A stretch of 63,693 nt of DNA, filler included, from Psammoneis japonica (taxonomy: Eukaryota), in assembly GCA_008632985.1 (NCBI GenBank). It is 3 parts of 3 records of this genome, joined end to end, with 100 filler letters (N's around TTAATTAATTAA, not from the genome) between each part and the next. Parts side by side here need not be neighbours in the genome. Positions count along the whole stretch, not along the records: positions 1 to 28,450 come from QPGO01000406.1; 2 more parts are not named here. One strand, given 5' to 3'. Positions 12,057 to 23,029 of this stretch are shown piece by piece (within the stretch, counting starts at the first letter, position 1; the number at the start of each line of letters is the position of its first letter). The position numbers were made by a program, and so were the translations under genes. The notes below the pieces were generated by a model. The model did no database searches and was not told the DNA's origin. It saw only the letters and a program-made list of their open reading frames with translations.

Positions 12057-13271
12057 TCAAAGACCGACACCGACAAGGACTGTTGGTGAGCGTCCCACCG
12101 CACTGTGCTGTCCTGCTCCTCGATGGCTCTCTTGGTTCCTCTTTTTCCCTCGTGTTTCTGGACCAAGCAAGGTTTGTGCGTCAAGAACCAAAAAACAAAT
12201 TGGCCAAATGGCAGCGGGTGCACCTCTTTTGCAACACAGCAAGTGACGTCCAGCCTTGTTCATTTGACAAAAGCAATCCATCTTCGCTTGAGTCTCCTTG
12301 GTCGGCATTTCCATGTGCTTCAAAGAACACGAAGCCTCTCCAATTTCTTCTGGTGTTGTCTTTAGCTCACGACACGCCCACAAGTTGAGATCTGTGAGAT
12401 TTGGAAGCCCCAGAACCTCTTTTGGAACACGGGTCAATTGCGTGCAACCCATCAAACACAACTCTTTTAAAGATTCAAGTGACCCGATTGCAACAGGCAA
12501 CTCAATGATGTCAGCATCATCACTCAAATCCAGTCCAGTCAGGTTCACCATGCCGCTTGTGCCATTTTGAAGGAAATCATTCAAGCCTCTGCATCCACAC
12601 AGCTCAAGCATTTGCAAGTTGGAGAGGTGGCCAATCTCAAGAGGAATTTCTGACATTTTACCACAAAGTGACATGTGCAACGATTCGAGACTCATCAGCT
12701 GGGAAACTCTCGCTGGCAACGCAGTGGGGGAATCACAACATTCCAGCCGCAAGCATTTCAAATTTGGCAGTCGGAAGAGTTCATCTGGCAACTCAGTGAC
12801 TTCCGCGCAGTGTTCAATCTCCAGCTCCCCCAGGTTTGTGGGGTGCAAAATTCCATGTGGCAGTCATTTTAGCTCTGTGCACCCACACAAATGCAGCTCC
12901 GCCAAGCTCCGCAACTGTCCAATCTCATCAGGCAAATCAACAAGACTCGTGCAACAAACAAGGCGCAACACTTTGAGGCCGGTCAACCGTCCAATCTGTG
13001 GCGGCAAACGCTCAAGATGCTGGCAGGATGACAAGTCCAGTGTAGTCAGTCGGTGCAGCAAGCCTGTCTCAGGTGGTGATTCTCTCATTCTCGCCCAACG
13101 ATCTTCGCTCAAGATCAGGAAAATGTGTTTGCGCTCCATCAAAGCCTCCTCAGACAGTCCCGCTGCTCGAGCCAATGTGTTGAGGCCATGCAGGGCTTCG
13201 CCATCCTCCATGGTGCGTGATGGTGCTCTTCTTCTTTTGGGAATTGGGATGTGCTGCAACAGCTGCCGCAC
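12057..13271 (-). pseudogene. Leucine-rich-repeat protein pseudogene
   Basis: LxxLxLxxCxxLxxLPxxIG repeats in ORFs 12864-13271 and 12057-12848, separated by an in-frame TGA. C-terminal cap 'DCFCQMNKAGRHLL'. Confidence 0.85.
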
Positions 13272-14158
13272 TGTCGAAAGACAGACGGCACCAGTTCATC
13301 GAACACCACCATGGAAACCGAAAACCATCCCACATGCAGACACACCAACAAACATGATGCACGCACGACAGGCAATTGGCGAAATTTTCGTTCATTGCTG
13401 TTGGCTGCGGCATGCAGGGCTGCCGCACAGTGCGAGGCAGCATGTCAAAGCAGAAGTTTGATTGCACACGAGGTGTTTCCCCTCTCATGAACATGTCCAA
13501 CCATTGCAAGGTGCAAATTGTCTGAAATTTTGATTGGCTACGAGCGAGCGAGCTAGACCGACGCACGATGGGCAGTTGGCAAAATTTTGATTGGCTGAGA
13601 GGCATTTCCCCGCATTGTGAACATGTGCAATTGTGAAAGGTGTTGATTTGGCTGCCCCCCACGCACGCGCCCCATCCAACCATCATGCATGCACAGAGTG
13701 CCTCTGCAGCACTGTGCAGTGCTAGAGAGCAGCAGGGCCCTGCTCTGCGCAGCAGCGCTGTGGCAGCTGGCTGCTTCTAGCAGAGACCAGCAAGCAGCAG
13801 AGACTGCTCTTCTCTGCTGGCTAGAGAGAGCAGAGCTGGCTGCTCCAGCTGCCACATCAGCATCAGACCCAAGACCCACCATGAGACAAAGCAAACGAGT
13901 GCATCAATCGATCCACCACACGCTCTGAGCATGTGCACCATGAGCATGGAACCGGCTTCTGCCGTGGTCCAGGAGGCAAATGACACGCCTTTGATCTCTG
14001 TGGGGCAGGAGTCGCACTTTGACACTCTTCTCATCTGCTTTGAGATGTCTTGTCGTGAGGTGGCGGCTCCGAGTGAGCAACTTGTGCCAACGTCTGAGTG
14101 TCCCAGCAGAAACCCCCCAAAAACCAACAACACCATGCATGGGAAAAAGGTGCTCACG

Positions 14159-14545
14159 ACGGGTTCCAGTCCTGGGTGGGACTTTTTGTGACATTTGCCC
14201 CGTAGAATTCTACGTGCGAGCTCTGCAGTTAGCACTCTGGTCAATGTGTGCACTTGTCTTCGACATTAAAAAAACGGCCAAGTTTGCAGTGCATCTGTCC
14301 CTGTCCGCACTCAAAGTTTTGGATGATGCGCCTGCCCTGCGCCATTCTTAAAACACTCGAGAATGGCGCAGAAGAAAAAAACATTAAAAGTTGTTCAATG
14401 GATGGCCTGACAATTGTGCTATAAAATTGTGCAAAATTTCGCAAAAATCACGTAGAAATGCACGTGCGCGACATGCGACGCGATTCAAAAAACTGTCGAT
14501 GTCACAGTTCAGCAGTGCGAGGTCCCACCTAGACCTGGAACGTGT
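14159..14545 (+). mobile_element. MITE copy 2 (least mutated)
   Basis: Same TIRs as copy 1. Flanks ctcacg / ctcacc (5/6 TSD match). Retains the internal palindrome CGTAGAATTCTACG. Confidence 0.9.
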
Positions 14546-14707
14546 CTCACCATCGCTTGTGCCATTGCTCATCATGATAAAAAGGAGTGCCCCTTTGGGC
14601 TGAAGGCAAGAAGCAAAATGGCTCCTAAAGGTGGGTTTGGCTAGCCGACAAAGCTGAAAGTCGAGCACTGCTCTTTCAACTGCACTTGCGACGAAAAAGC
14701 CAGAAAG

Positions 14708-16027
14708 ATGCACATGGGTTGGAAAAGAAGACATGAAAAGCATGAGGAGCGTCGCACGAGGAAGAATCGGCAGAGTCATCGTAAAATCTGTCACAACCAT
14801 GCACTTGACAGCAACTGTGACAAGCCGAGCTGCGATTGCTGCAAGACCAAGGATTGCAAGGGAAAGCAGGCCAATGGGGAACGCACCTGTGTGGCGTGTC
14901 AGTCAGGAGCAAAATTGAAGGGCAACAAGTCCAAGCGAGCTAAAATTGTGAAAGGAACAATCCAGGAGGACGATTTGGTGCGGTCGCCACCGTTTCTGTT
15001 CTGGAACCCACGTGAAGGTGAAGAGGACAGGAAACTGCACACAAGGGACCAAGTGGAAGAGTCGCTGCGTGATGTTGCAAAGGTGCTGACCCCCCCCCCC
15101 AACAGAAAACCTCAACGAGACCTGGCCTTTGCTCAAGCTCAGCAAAGACAGATGCATGCCACCCGCCGCCCCTTCGCTTCAAAGCAGAGGATTTGCCTCC
15201 AGCTCATGAGCATGGGATGTTTCGAGTGTTCAGGAGACAGGACGTCACTGATCTGGAAAGGATGAAACTGCTTGGACAGTTGAAAGATGGTGGCAATGGC
15301 ATCTCTGTGAGAGAGTCATGGAGTGAAGGTGACACCCCCCCAAATTGTGCATTTCCTTGGGACGAGTGTCCTGTCTTTGAGGCCGCTCGACTTGGTGCCA
15401 CAGCTCCCGCAACAAAGAACAGGGCATTTGACGCATGCTGTTGTTGTCCGTCGCCCTGACCATCCTGACAAGTGCAACAAGGCTGACATGCAACAACAGA
15501 TTGAAAAGGAACCGGACCCAGAAAAGGTGGCTGAACTTCTGCAAGTTGTGAAGTTTCTGTTGTCCAGCAGGATCTTTCATGCTCAACGAGATGGGCAGCA
15601 ACTGGGCATCACCATCCATTCTCCTCACATTGACACCTGTGGTTCTAGTGCTCTGTTCATCCCATTGCAGGGCATCAGCTTCAATTTTGTTGCATTTTGT
15701 CATGCATCTGAACCCGAAGAGCCGGAATTTCATGACTCTGAGGATTGTCGTGCATGCCTGGATTGGAAGAGGAGTTTGGTGGATGATGAACTGAGAAAGG
15801 TTGAGGCAGCAGAATGTCTTTTCAAGAAGTTTGTCAAAGATGATAAAAGGTGCCACAATCACCATCGCATTCTCACCTTCAAGCTGGACTCAGAAGTGGA
15901 AGGTCAGGCGTTGATGTTTCCGGCTGGGGTTCATCCCCATTTCACAATCATTCCCAAACAGGAGAAACCCCGGATTCTTGGGATCCTTCATGAAAAGACA
16001 ATTAAAAACACACGGCTGACAGTCCAA
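14708..16027 (+). pseudogene. Cys-rich N-terminus plus 2OG-Fe(II) dioxygenase-like (TET/JBP-like) domain, copy 1, frameshifted
   Basis: 'SPHIDT' (HxD) and 'GQALMFPAGV(H)PHFTIIPKQEKPRILGIL(H)EK' (distal His, Arg on the last strand). The inferred ancestral stop TAA is now CAA at 16025-16027. Confidence 0.5.
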
Positions 16028-16790
16028 GAGTCCAGTCAGTGTGGGCAAGCAGATCTCCATCTTTGTTGCTGCCAGATTGTCGCCATTGCCATCATGCAAG
16101 CAGAACCATCACAGCCGCGCATGGGAGCACATCACACCTGCATCATGCATGCACCACACACAGCCGATGCCGACATCACTCTAGCCACTGGCCAGTGCCG
16201 GCAGAGTTGGGATCACACGAAGTTGCAGTGTGGTGTCATCAGCACCATGCATGTGCCATGCGGAGCTGATGCCGACTGCCAATCCAGCTGCTGGCTAGAG
16301 CAGATTCAGGATCACGCGAAGTTGCAGTGTGGTGTCATTGGTGCCACACACGTGCCATGCAGAGCTGACGCCGACCACCAATCTAGCCAGCCACCGATCA
16401 CGTGAAGTTGCAGTGTGGTGTCATTGGCATCATGCATGTGCCATGCGGAGCTGACGCCAACCGCCAATCTGGCTGGAGTGGATTTGGGATCATGCGAAGT
16501 TGCAGTGTGATGTCATCAGTGTCACACATGTGCCATGCGGAGATGACACCGACCACCAATCTAGCTGGCTGCCGATCACGCAAAGTTGCAGTGTGGTGTC
16601 ATTGGCATCACACATGCATCAGACCACATTGCACACAACAGGAGCTGATGCCGACCACTGGCACTGGAGTCGGGACAGGCATCACCCAACGCAGCTGATG
16701 CGGACCACTGCTGCTGGCCAGTGGGGACAGGCATCACCCGAAGTTGCAGTGGTGTCACTGGCATCACACATCACTCAACATGAAGTCCAC
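15421..16790 (+). repeat. Segmental duplication copy A (dioxygenase C-terminus plus ~85-99-bp tandem array at 16200-16760)
   Basis: Colinear with 18859-20340. Array unit gatcacgcgaagttgcagtgtggtgtcattggcatc...ggagctgacgccgaccaccaatctagc. Confidence 0.9.
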
Positions 16791-16857
16791 CAAAGCTCAA
16801 AGATTGATTTTGTCACTGCGACTCTACTCTCAACAGAACACCAAAGGCATCGCAAGA

Positions 16858-18606
16858 TCATGCCGCATGGACAACCTCATCCCAATCCGTTCCGCTCTTA
16901 ACTCTCAACAGAACGCCCAAGCCATTGCAAGATGTTGCCATGTTGACAACCTCCTCCCAATCCGTTTTGCTCTTGGTGACTTGCCTCAGCAAAAAGGAGC
17001 CCTTCGCCTGCATGTTTTTGTTCTCATCAAATTTTTTCATGCTTTCGATGGTCATTCGAATCAACCCCGCAGCAAACATTTCCGCCTTAAAGTCGTCATC
17101 CTTGTCCGCAAGAATTCCCAACAAATGACAAGAACTGGCACAGCATTCGCTGCGGTCACCAAAGTCTTGCATGACATTGACAATGGTGCGAAGGAGGTCT
17201 CGACAGATGACTGAAACAGTGCAGAGGCGTTCTGTGCACTCTTCACTTGCGCATGAAAGATTCGACAAAATGTCCAGACCCTTGCAGACAAACTCATGGT
17301 CGACCAGGAACTTCTCCAGTTTTTTCAGCATGAAACAAGGCGCAGCGGCTTCCATGGCCAACAGGCTGTTTTCTTCTGATTTGGTCAGTTCGTGCAGTTT
17401 TTCAGTTGCCTTTTTAACCATTGCAAAGTCGTCACTCGTGCCCAAGCCATGCCACACAAGCTGTTTGGTGCAAATTTCACTGGTTCGTGAAGCAGTGGCA
17501 TTGTTGCCCTCAGTGCTGGTGCTGCTGCAGTCAGAGTCACTGCTGCTTGGAGCAGCCTTGGCAGCAGCAGCGGCAGAGGAGGTGGTGTTGCGCCTTGAGT
17601 CTCTTCCAGCCATTGCAGCCAAGCTCTTTGAGGAGGTGGTGTTGCGCCTTGAGTCTCTTCCAGCCATTGCAGCCAAGCTCTCACGCGGAGCCTTGGCAGC
17701 CAGTTTCGCAGCCAAGCTCTTACGCGGAGCCTCGCGCAGAGCCTTGGCAGCCAGTTTCGTAGCCAAGCTCGCATCGGTCCTCTGAAAGCTCGTAACAGCC
17801 ATTGCAGCCAAGCTCTTGCGCGGAGCCTTGGCAGCCAGTTTCGCAGCCAAGCTCTCACGCAGAGCCTTGCGCGGAGCCTTGGCAGCCAAACTGGCTTGCG
17901 CAGCACTGCTGGGGTGGCCAAAGCGAGCTTTCGTGTCAGTCCTCTGAAAGCTCGTAACTTGACTGATTTGCAAAGCAGTGGCATCGTCAGAGTCGCTGCT
18001 GCTGTCGTCAGAGCCACCGGAGGAGGTGGTGTTGCGCCTTGAGTCTCTTGCAGCCATTGCAGCCAAGCTCTTGGAGGAGGTGGTGTTGCACCTTGAGTCT
18101 CTTCCAGCCATTGTAGCCAAGCTCTTGCGCAGAGCCTTGGCAGCCAGTTTTGTAGCCAAGCTCTTGCGCGGAGCCTCGCGCGGAGCCTTGGCAGCCAAAC
18201 TGGCTTGCACAGCGCTGCTGCTGTTGCTGCTGCTTGTGGAGTTGCTCCTTTTCCACGCTTTTGCATCAAACATCTTACGTGGATCGGCAGCAGTGGCAGC
18301 AGCGGCAGAGGAGCTTTTCCATGCTTTCGCAGCAAACATCTTACGTGGATCGGCAGCAGCAGCGGCAGCAGAGGAGCTGATTTTGCGCCTTGTGGCTTTC
18401 TCAGACAAGATCTTTGCTGCGCTGGTTCATGAGGCGGCAGTGTCGCTGCTGCTTGAGGAGTGGCTCCTTTTGAGGGGGCACCTTGCCGCTCCTCTCATTG
18501 CACCATCGGTGCGCAATGCAGTTGGTGGAATTGCAGGTGAGGAGTTGCCGTTGCGAACACCTTGCTCATCAGGAGGGTCATGGTTGTCGCTGTTGACGTT
18601 GCCCAT
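16858..18606 (-). pseudogene. ARM/HEAT-like repeat protein with N-terminal histone-H3-tail-like repeats
   Basis: C-terminal helical repeats ('TIVNVMQDF...SCHLLGILA', 'AGLIRMTIESMKKF..NKNMQAKGSFLL'). N-terminal 'KAPRKSLATK/AAK' repeats. In-frame TGA at 18427-18429; upstream ATG at 18606. Confidence 0.6.
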
Positions 18607-18858
18607 GGTTGACGATGCAGCTTTGTGTGCATGGGAACAGATGTTGCGGGCTCTTTTGTTGTCAATCATGCCGCACAAATTTCACGTGCATTTCTACGTG
18701 CCAGCATGTTGCAGTCGTCATGCATCCCTCATGGGCATGACTGACAGACCGCCCATTGACATGAGTGGTGACCTGAGTGAAACTCAACTCCCTGCCAGCC
18801 ACTCCACTGGTGGCTAGAGTGAGGGTGCTCCTGCTCTGCCAGCAGGTGCTCCAGCTGC

Positions 18859-20340
18859 AGGCATTTGATGCATGCTGTTGTCGTCCGTCGCCCTGACCAT
18901 CCTGACAAGGCTGACATGCAACAACAGATTGAAAAGGAACCGGAACCAGAAAAGGTGGCTGAACTTCTACAAGTTGTGAAGTTTCTGTTGTCTGGCAGGA
19001 TCTTTCATGCTCAATGAGATGGGCAGCAACTGGGCATCACCATCCATTTTCCTCACATTGACACCTGTGGCTCTAATTCTCTGTTTGTCCCATTGCAGGG
19101 CATCAGCTTCAATTTTGTTGCATTTTGTCATGCATCTGAACCCGAAGAGCCGGAATTTCATGACTCTGAGGATTGTCGTGCATGCCTGGATTGGAAGAGG
19201 AGTTTGGTGGATGATGAACTGAGAAAGGTTGAGGCAGCAGAATCTCTTTTCAAGAAGTTCATCAAAGATGACAAAAGGTGCCACAACCACCATCGCATTC
19301 TCACCTTCAAGCTGGACTCAGAAGTGGAAGGTCAGGTGTTGATGTTTCCGGCTGGGGTTCACCCCCATTTCACAATCATTCCCAAACAGGAGAAACCCCG
19401 GATTCTTGGGATCCTTCATGAAAAGACAATTAAAAACACGTGGCTGACAGTCTGAGAGTCTGGTCAGTGTGGGCAAGCAGATCTCTGTCTTTGTTGCTGC
19501 CAGATTGTCGCTGTTGCCATCATGCAAGTGGAGCCATCACAGTCATGCATGGGAGCACATCATGCCTGCATCATGCACGCACCACACACAGCCGATGCCG
19601 ACATCACTCTAGCCACCAGCCAGTGCCGGTGGAGTCGGGATCACGCGAAGTTGCGGTGTGGTGTCATTGGCGTTGTGCATGTGCCATGCGGAGCTGACGC
19701 CGACTGCCAATCTAGCTGCTGGCTAGAGCAGATTCGGGATCACGCAAAGTTGCAGTGTGGTGTCATTGGAGCCATGCACGCACCATGCAGAGCTGACGCC
19801 GACCACCAATCTAGCCAGCTGCCGATCACGCGAAGTTGCAGTGTGGTGTCATTGGCATCACACGTGCACCATGCAGAGCTGACGCCGGCCACCAATCTGG
19901 CTGGAGTGGATTTGGGATCACGCGAAGTTGCAGTGTGATGTCATCAGTGTTGTGCATGTGCCACATGGAGCTGACGCTGACCACCAATCTAGCTGGCTGC
20001 CGATCAAGCAAAGTTGCAGTGTGATGTCATCAGCATCATGCGTGCACCATGCAGAGCTGACGCCGACTGCCAATCTAGCCAGCTGGCAGATTCGGGATCA
20101 CGCAAAGTTGCAGTGTGGTGTCGTTGGCATCATGCACGCACCATGCGGAGCTGACGCCGACCACCAATCTAGCCAGCTAGCTGCCGATCACGCAAAGTTG
20201 CAGTGTGGTGTCATCAGCATCACACATGTGCCATGCGGAGCTGACGCCGACCACTGATCTAGCCAGCTGGGACAGGCACCACCCGAAGTTTGCAGCGGTG
20301 TCACTGGCATCGTGCATTGCTCAACATGAAGTCCACCAAT
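18859..20340 (+). repeat. Segmental duplication copy B (second dioxygenase fragment and longer ~85-99-bp array at 19600-20330)
   Basis: Near-identical to 15421-16790; the differences concentrate at TA/TG/CA and CG/TG sites. Confidence 0.9.
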
Positions 20341-21395
20341 TTCAACCAGTCAACTAACGCAATTTTAACTTCGCCAATGATTTCGCCAATTCCGCCATTT
20401 CACTGTCGTTCATCACCCAATTCAGATCGGGGTTAAACCTGTCGTCGTCGCCGCTGCTCTGGTCATTGCCAGCGGGATCAACAAATTGCTTCAGTGCATC
20501 GTTTTCTTGTTTGATGGACATGGTCCTGAACCGCAATGAGAAGGGGTGGGGGCCAGGGTCAGGGTTTGGGCAATGGGCAGTGGGCAAAGGCCAAAAAGAA
20601 AGGCCAAAGGGAAAGCGAAGCTAAGAAGGGAAAAGGAGACGGAAAAGGGGACAAGGAAGTGGGAAAGAGGGCCACAAATGACATCAAATGCAAATTTATT
20701 TAGCTGATTTTGTGGAAGAAAATGCAGACAAATGAACTGCAGAAAAGAAATGCAACATGAAAGATTCAAATGGAGGTTGGAGAGAGCAAGGAAGGAGCTC
20801 GAAAAGGAGCTGAAAATTCTGAAACAATTGAAGTGTCATCGTCAGTTCCAAGGGCATTGTTTGCAAGCTGGAGCTGGCTGGTGTTTCCAAACATTTGCAT
20901 GGCTGGACGGGAAAGAACCAGACCTTCATGGTGCTCTTGATTGAGTGTCTGAACTGTTGCATCATCTGGGCAAATGAAAACCTCATTGCCAGGAAACGGG
21001 CGTCGACGCTGGCATTGTCGCTGGCATTGCCAATGGCATTGTCGCTGGTGTTCAGGCACGGTGATCTGTGGTGGTCTTTGTTGGTGGCATTGCAGCTGGC
21101 AGGTGGCGCACATGATGGCGTTGACGCTGGCTCTGTGTTGAGAGTGGGACATGATGTTTGTTGTCTGAAGGTCATTGTGGCGGCGGATTGCTGCGATGAG
21201 CTGGGTTGTGGCTGCCACTGTTGGCGGCGCATGTCGCTGTGCGTGGCGTTGTCGGCAATGCATTCAAAAAGACAATGTGGTGCAGATGTCCTCACAGCAG
21301 CTCAAAAAATGGAGCAAAGATGTCTCAAAAAGAACGGTTTTGGGTTGAAGATGTGGGGGCTTCTGTGGAATTGGTTGAAGGGCGATTTTTCAAAA

Positions 21396-21766
21396 TGATT
21401 GTCAAAGGAAGACCACAGCCTGTGAGGCAAGCAAGAAGAGGCAGGAGGCATTTTTACAGTGCATGTGAAAGTGAAATGGAATGTTTTCGTTCATTGATCA
21501 AGGGATGGATGAGGAAGCAAGCTGTGGAGAAGCCGATGTTCAAGAAGCGGGCACGACTGTCTGTTGAAATGGAGCTTCATTTGACCCACTCAGGCAGTCG
21601 TGAGCCAGACTTGGACAATCTTTGCAAATTTGTGATGGACTTTGCCAATGGATTGGTTCACAATGACGACATTGATGTTGAAAAAATCTGCGCACGAAAG
21701 TTCAGCTGTGCTCCCAAGTCTGATGTTGGGAGCACCTTCTTTTTGGCGAAAAGAGCGGATCTTTAA
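21396..21766 (+). pseudogene. rusA: RusA-family Holliday junction resolvase (TpA-mutated, frame open)
   Basis: N-terminus 'IVKGRPQPVRQAR' and 'PDLDNLCKFVMDFANGLV(H)NDDIDVEKICARK' match the RusA catalytic motif PD.DN..K...D.L.G..(Y/W).DD..V. Confidence 0.8.
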
Positions 21767-21929
21767 ATTGCAGCATGCGGAGTTGAGAAGGAAAGGGCAC
21801 GTGCAAAGACAAGGTGAGAGCATCTTGCAAACTCGTTGCACATGAAAACACACAATTTGGTTTGCAAAGTCATTGTAGAAATCTGCTTTTGAGACAACAC
21901 GAAATGTGCACCGTCAGAGGTGAATGTAG

Positions 21930-22335
21930 AATTTGCCAGGGAAATGACTCACCCACAGACAAAGCAACACAGACATTTTGACACTGCCAAACAACAATTT
22001 TGTGAGCAAATGGGGAGGGAAATGAAACACCCATAGACAAACTGACACAGACGTTGCAACACCGCCAAACAAAATTTTTGTGAGCAAATGGGGAGGGAAA
22101 TGACACATCCATGGACAAACTTACACAGACATTGAGACACCGCCAAACAAAAATTTGGTGAGCATGTGGGGAGGGAAATGACACACCCACGGACAAACTA
22201 ACAAATACAAACTGACACTGCCAAACAAAAATTTTGTGATCACATGGGGAGGGAAATGACACACCCACATACAAACTAACAAAGACAAACTGACACACCC
22301 TCGGACAAAGCAACAAAGACAAACTGACACAGAAG
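21930..22335. repeat. Tandem array, ~78-bp unit, ~5 copies
   Basis: ttttgtgagcaaatggggagggaaatgacacacccat(a/g)gacaaact recurs at about 22000, 22079, 22157 and 22234. Confidence 0.85.
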
Positions 22336-22384
22336 CTGTAAGAGCTCATAACCTATTTGATGTAAAAGCTCATAACCTGTTTGG

Positions 22385-22510
22385 CACATGTGTGACATGT
22401 GCACACATGTGTGTGTGCATGCATGCACATTTTAGTGCCTGACCAAGCACCCAACCAAGTGCCTGACTAAGTGCCCAACTGAGTGCCCAACCAAGCACCT
22501 GACTGAGCAC
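22385..22510. repeat. Alternating purine-pyrimidine tract plus 12-bp minisatellite (6 units, inferred ancestor GTACCTAACTAA)
   Basis: gtgcctgaccaa gcacccaaccaa gtgcctgactaa gtgcccaactga gtgcccaaccaa gcacctgactga at 22435-22506. Confidence 0.9.
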
Positions 22511-23029
22511 ATCATGCACACTGCATTTGGGATGGGAGGGCTTGGGTTTGGGTTGTGAGGTGGCACGAAACGCTTCCGGTTGAATGACAGACCCCACCTG
22601 ATCGATGCCAAGTGGCCGCGGTTGAAGGACAGACCATGCCAAATGGGCTCGCACCCGCACCCATTTCTCGTCAACAGCCGACCTCATGGCGCGCATTTGC
22701 CAAAGCGATCAATGCAAATTTGCTCCTGTCGACGGACAGACCATGCCAAATGGGCGTGCACCCGCGCCCATTTCTCATCCTCAGTCGAGCTCAGGACAAG
22801 CCACTGCGCACATCGAATCAGCCAAGCATCATCCCCACATGTTGTGGCTGACAGCGTGGCTGCAAGCAACACCTGGAACAAGCAACTGAGTGCCAAAATC
22901 GCCACAAACCCAAAAAACAAAAAGCGGACAATGAGCATTGCGGGGCTCACAGCAATGCAGCCATTTTGAGGCTTCGATGCTCCCTGCGCACATTTTTGTG
23001 GTCAGCGCGTGTGCCCAACTGCCCAAGCT

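Noticed and set aside
16200..16760. Conserved repeats with variable intervening sequence (also 19600-20330) resembling a CRISPR array
   Set aside because: The 'spacers' are homologous to each other, the context is eukaryotic, and no cas genes are present. It is a degenerate tandem repeat.
21050..21200. Possible HNH nuclease motif ('WQVAHMMA') upstream of RusA
   Set aside because: The downstream N/H and CxxC residues could not be placed in frame; too weak to call.
935..22510. Plain CpG deamination as the sole cause of TG/CA excess
   Set aside because: It contributes, but cannot turn Tyr into Cys/His or remove TpA, and CpG is still plentiful in several TpA-free segments.
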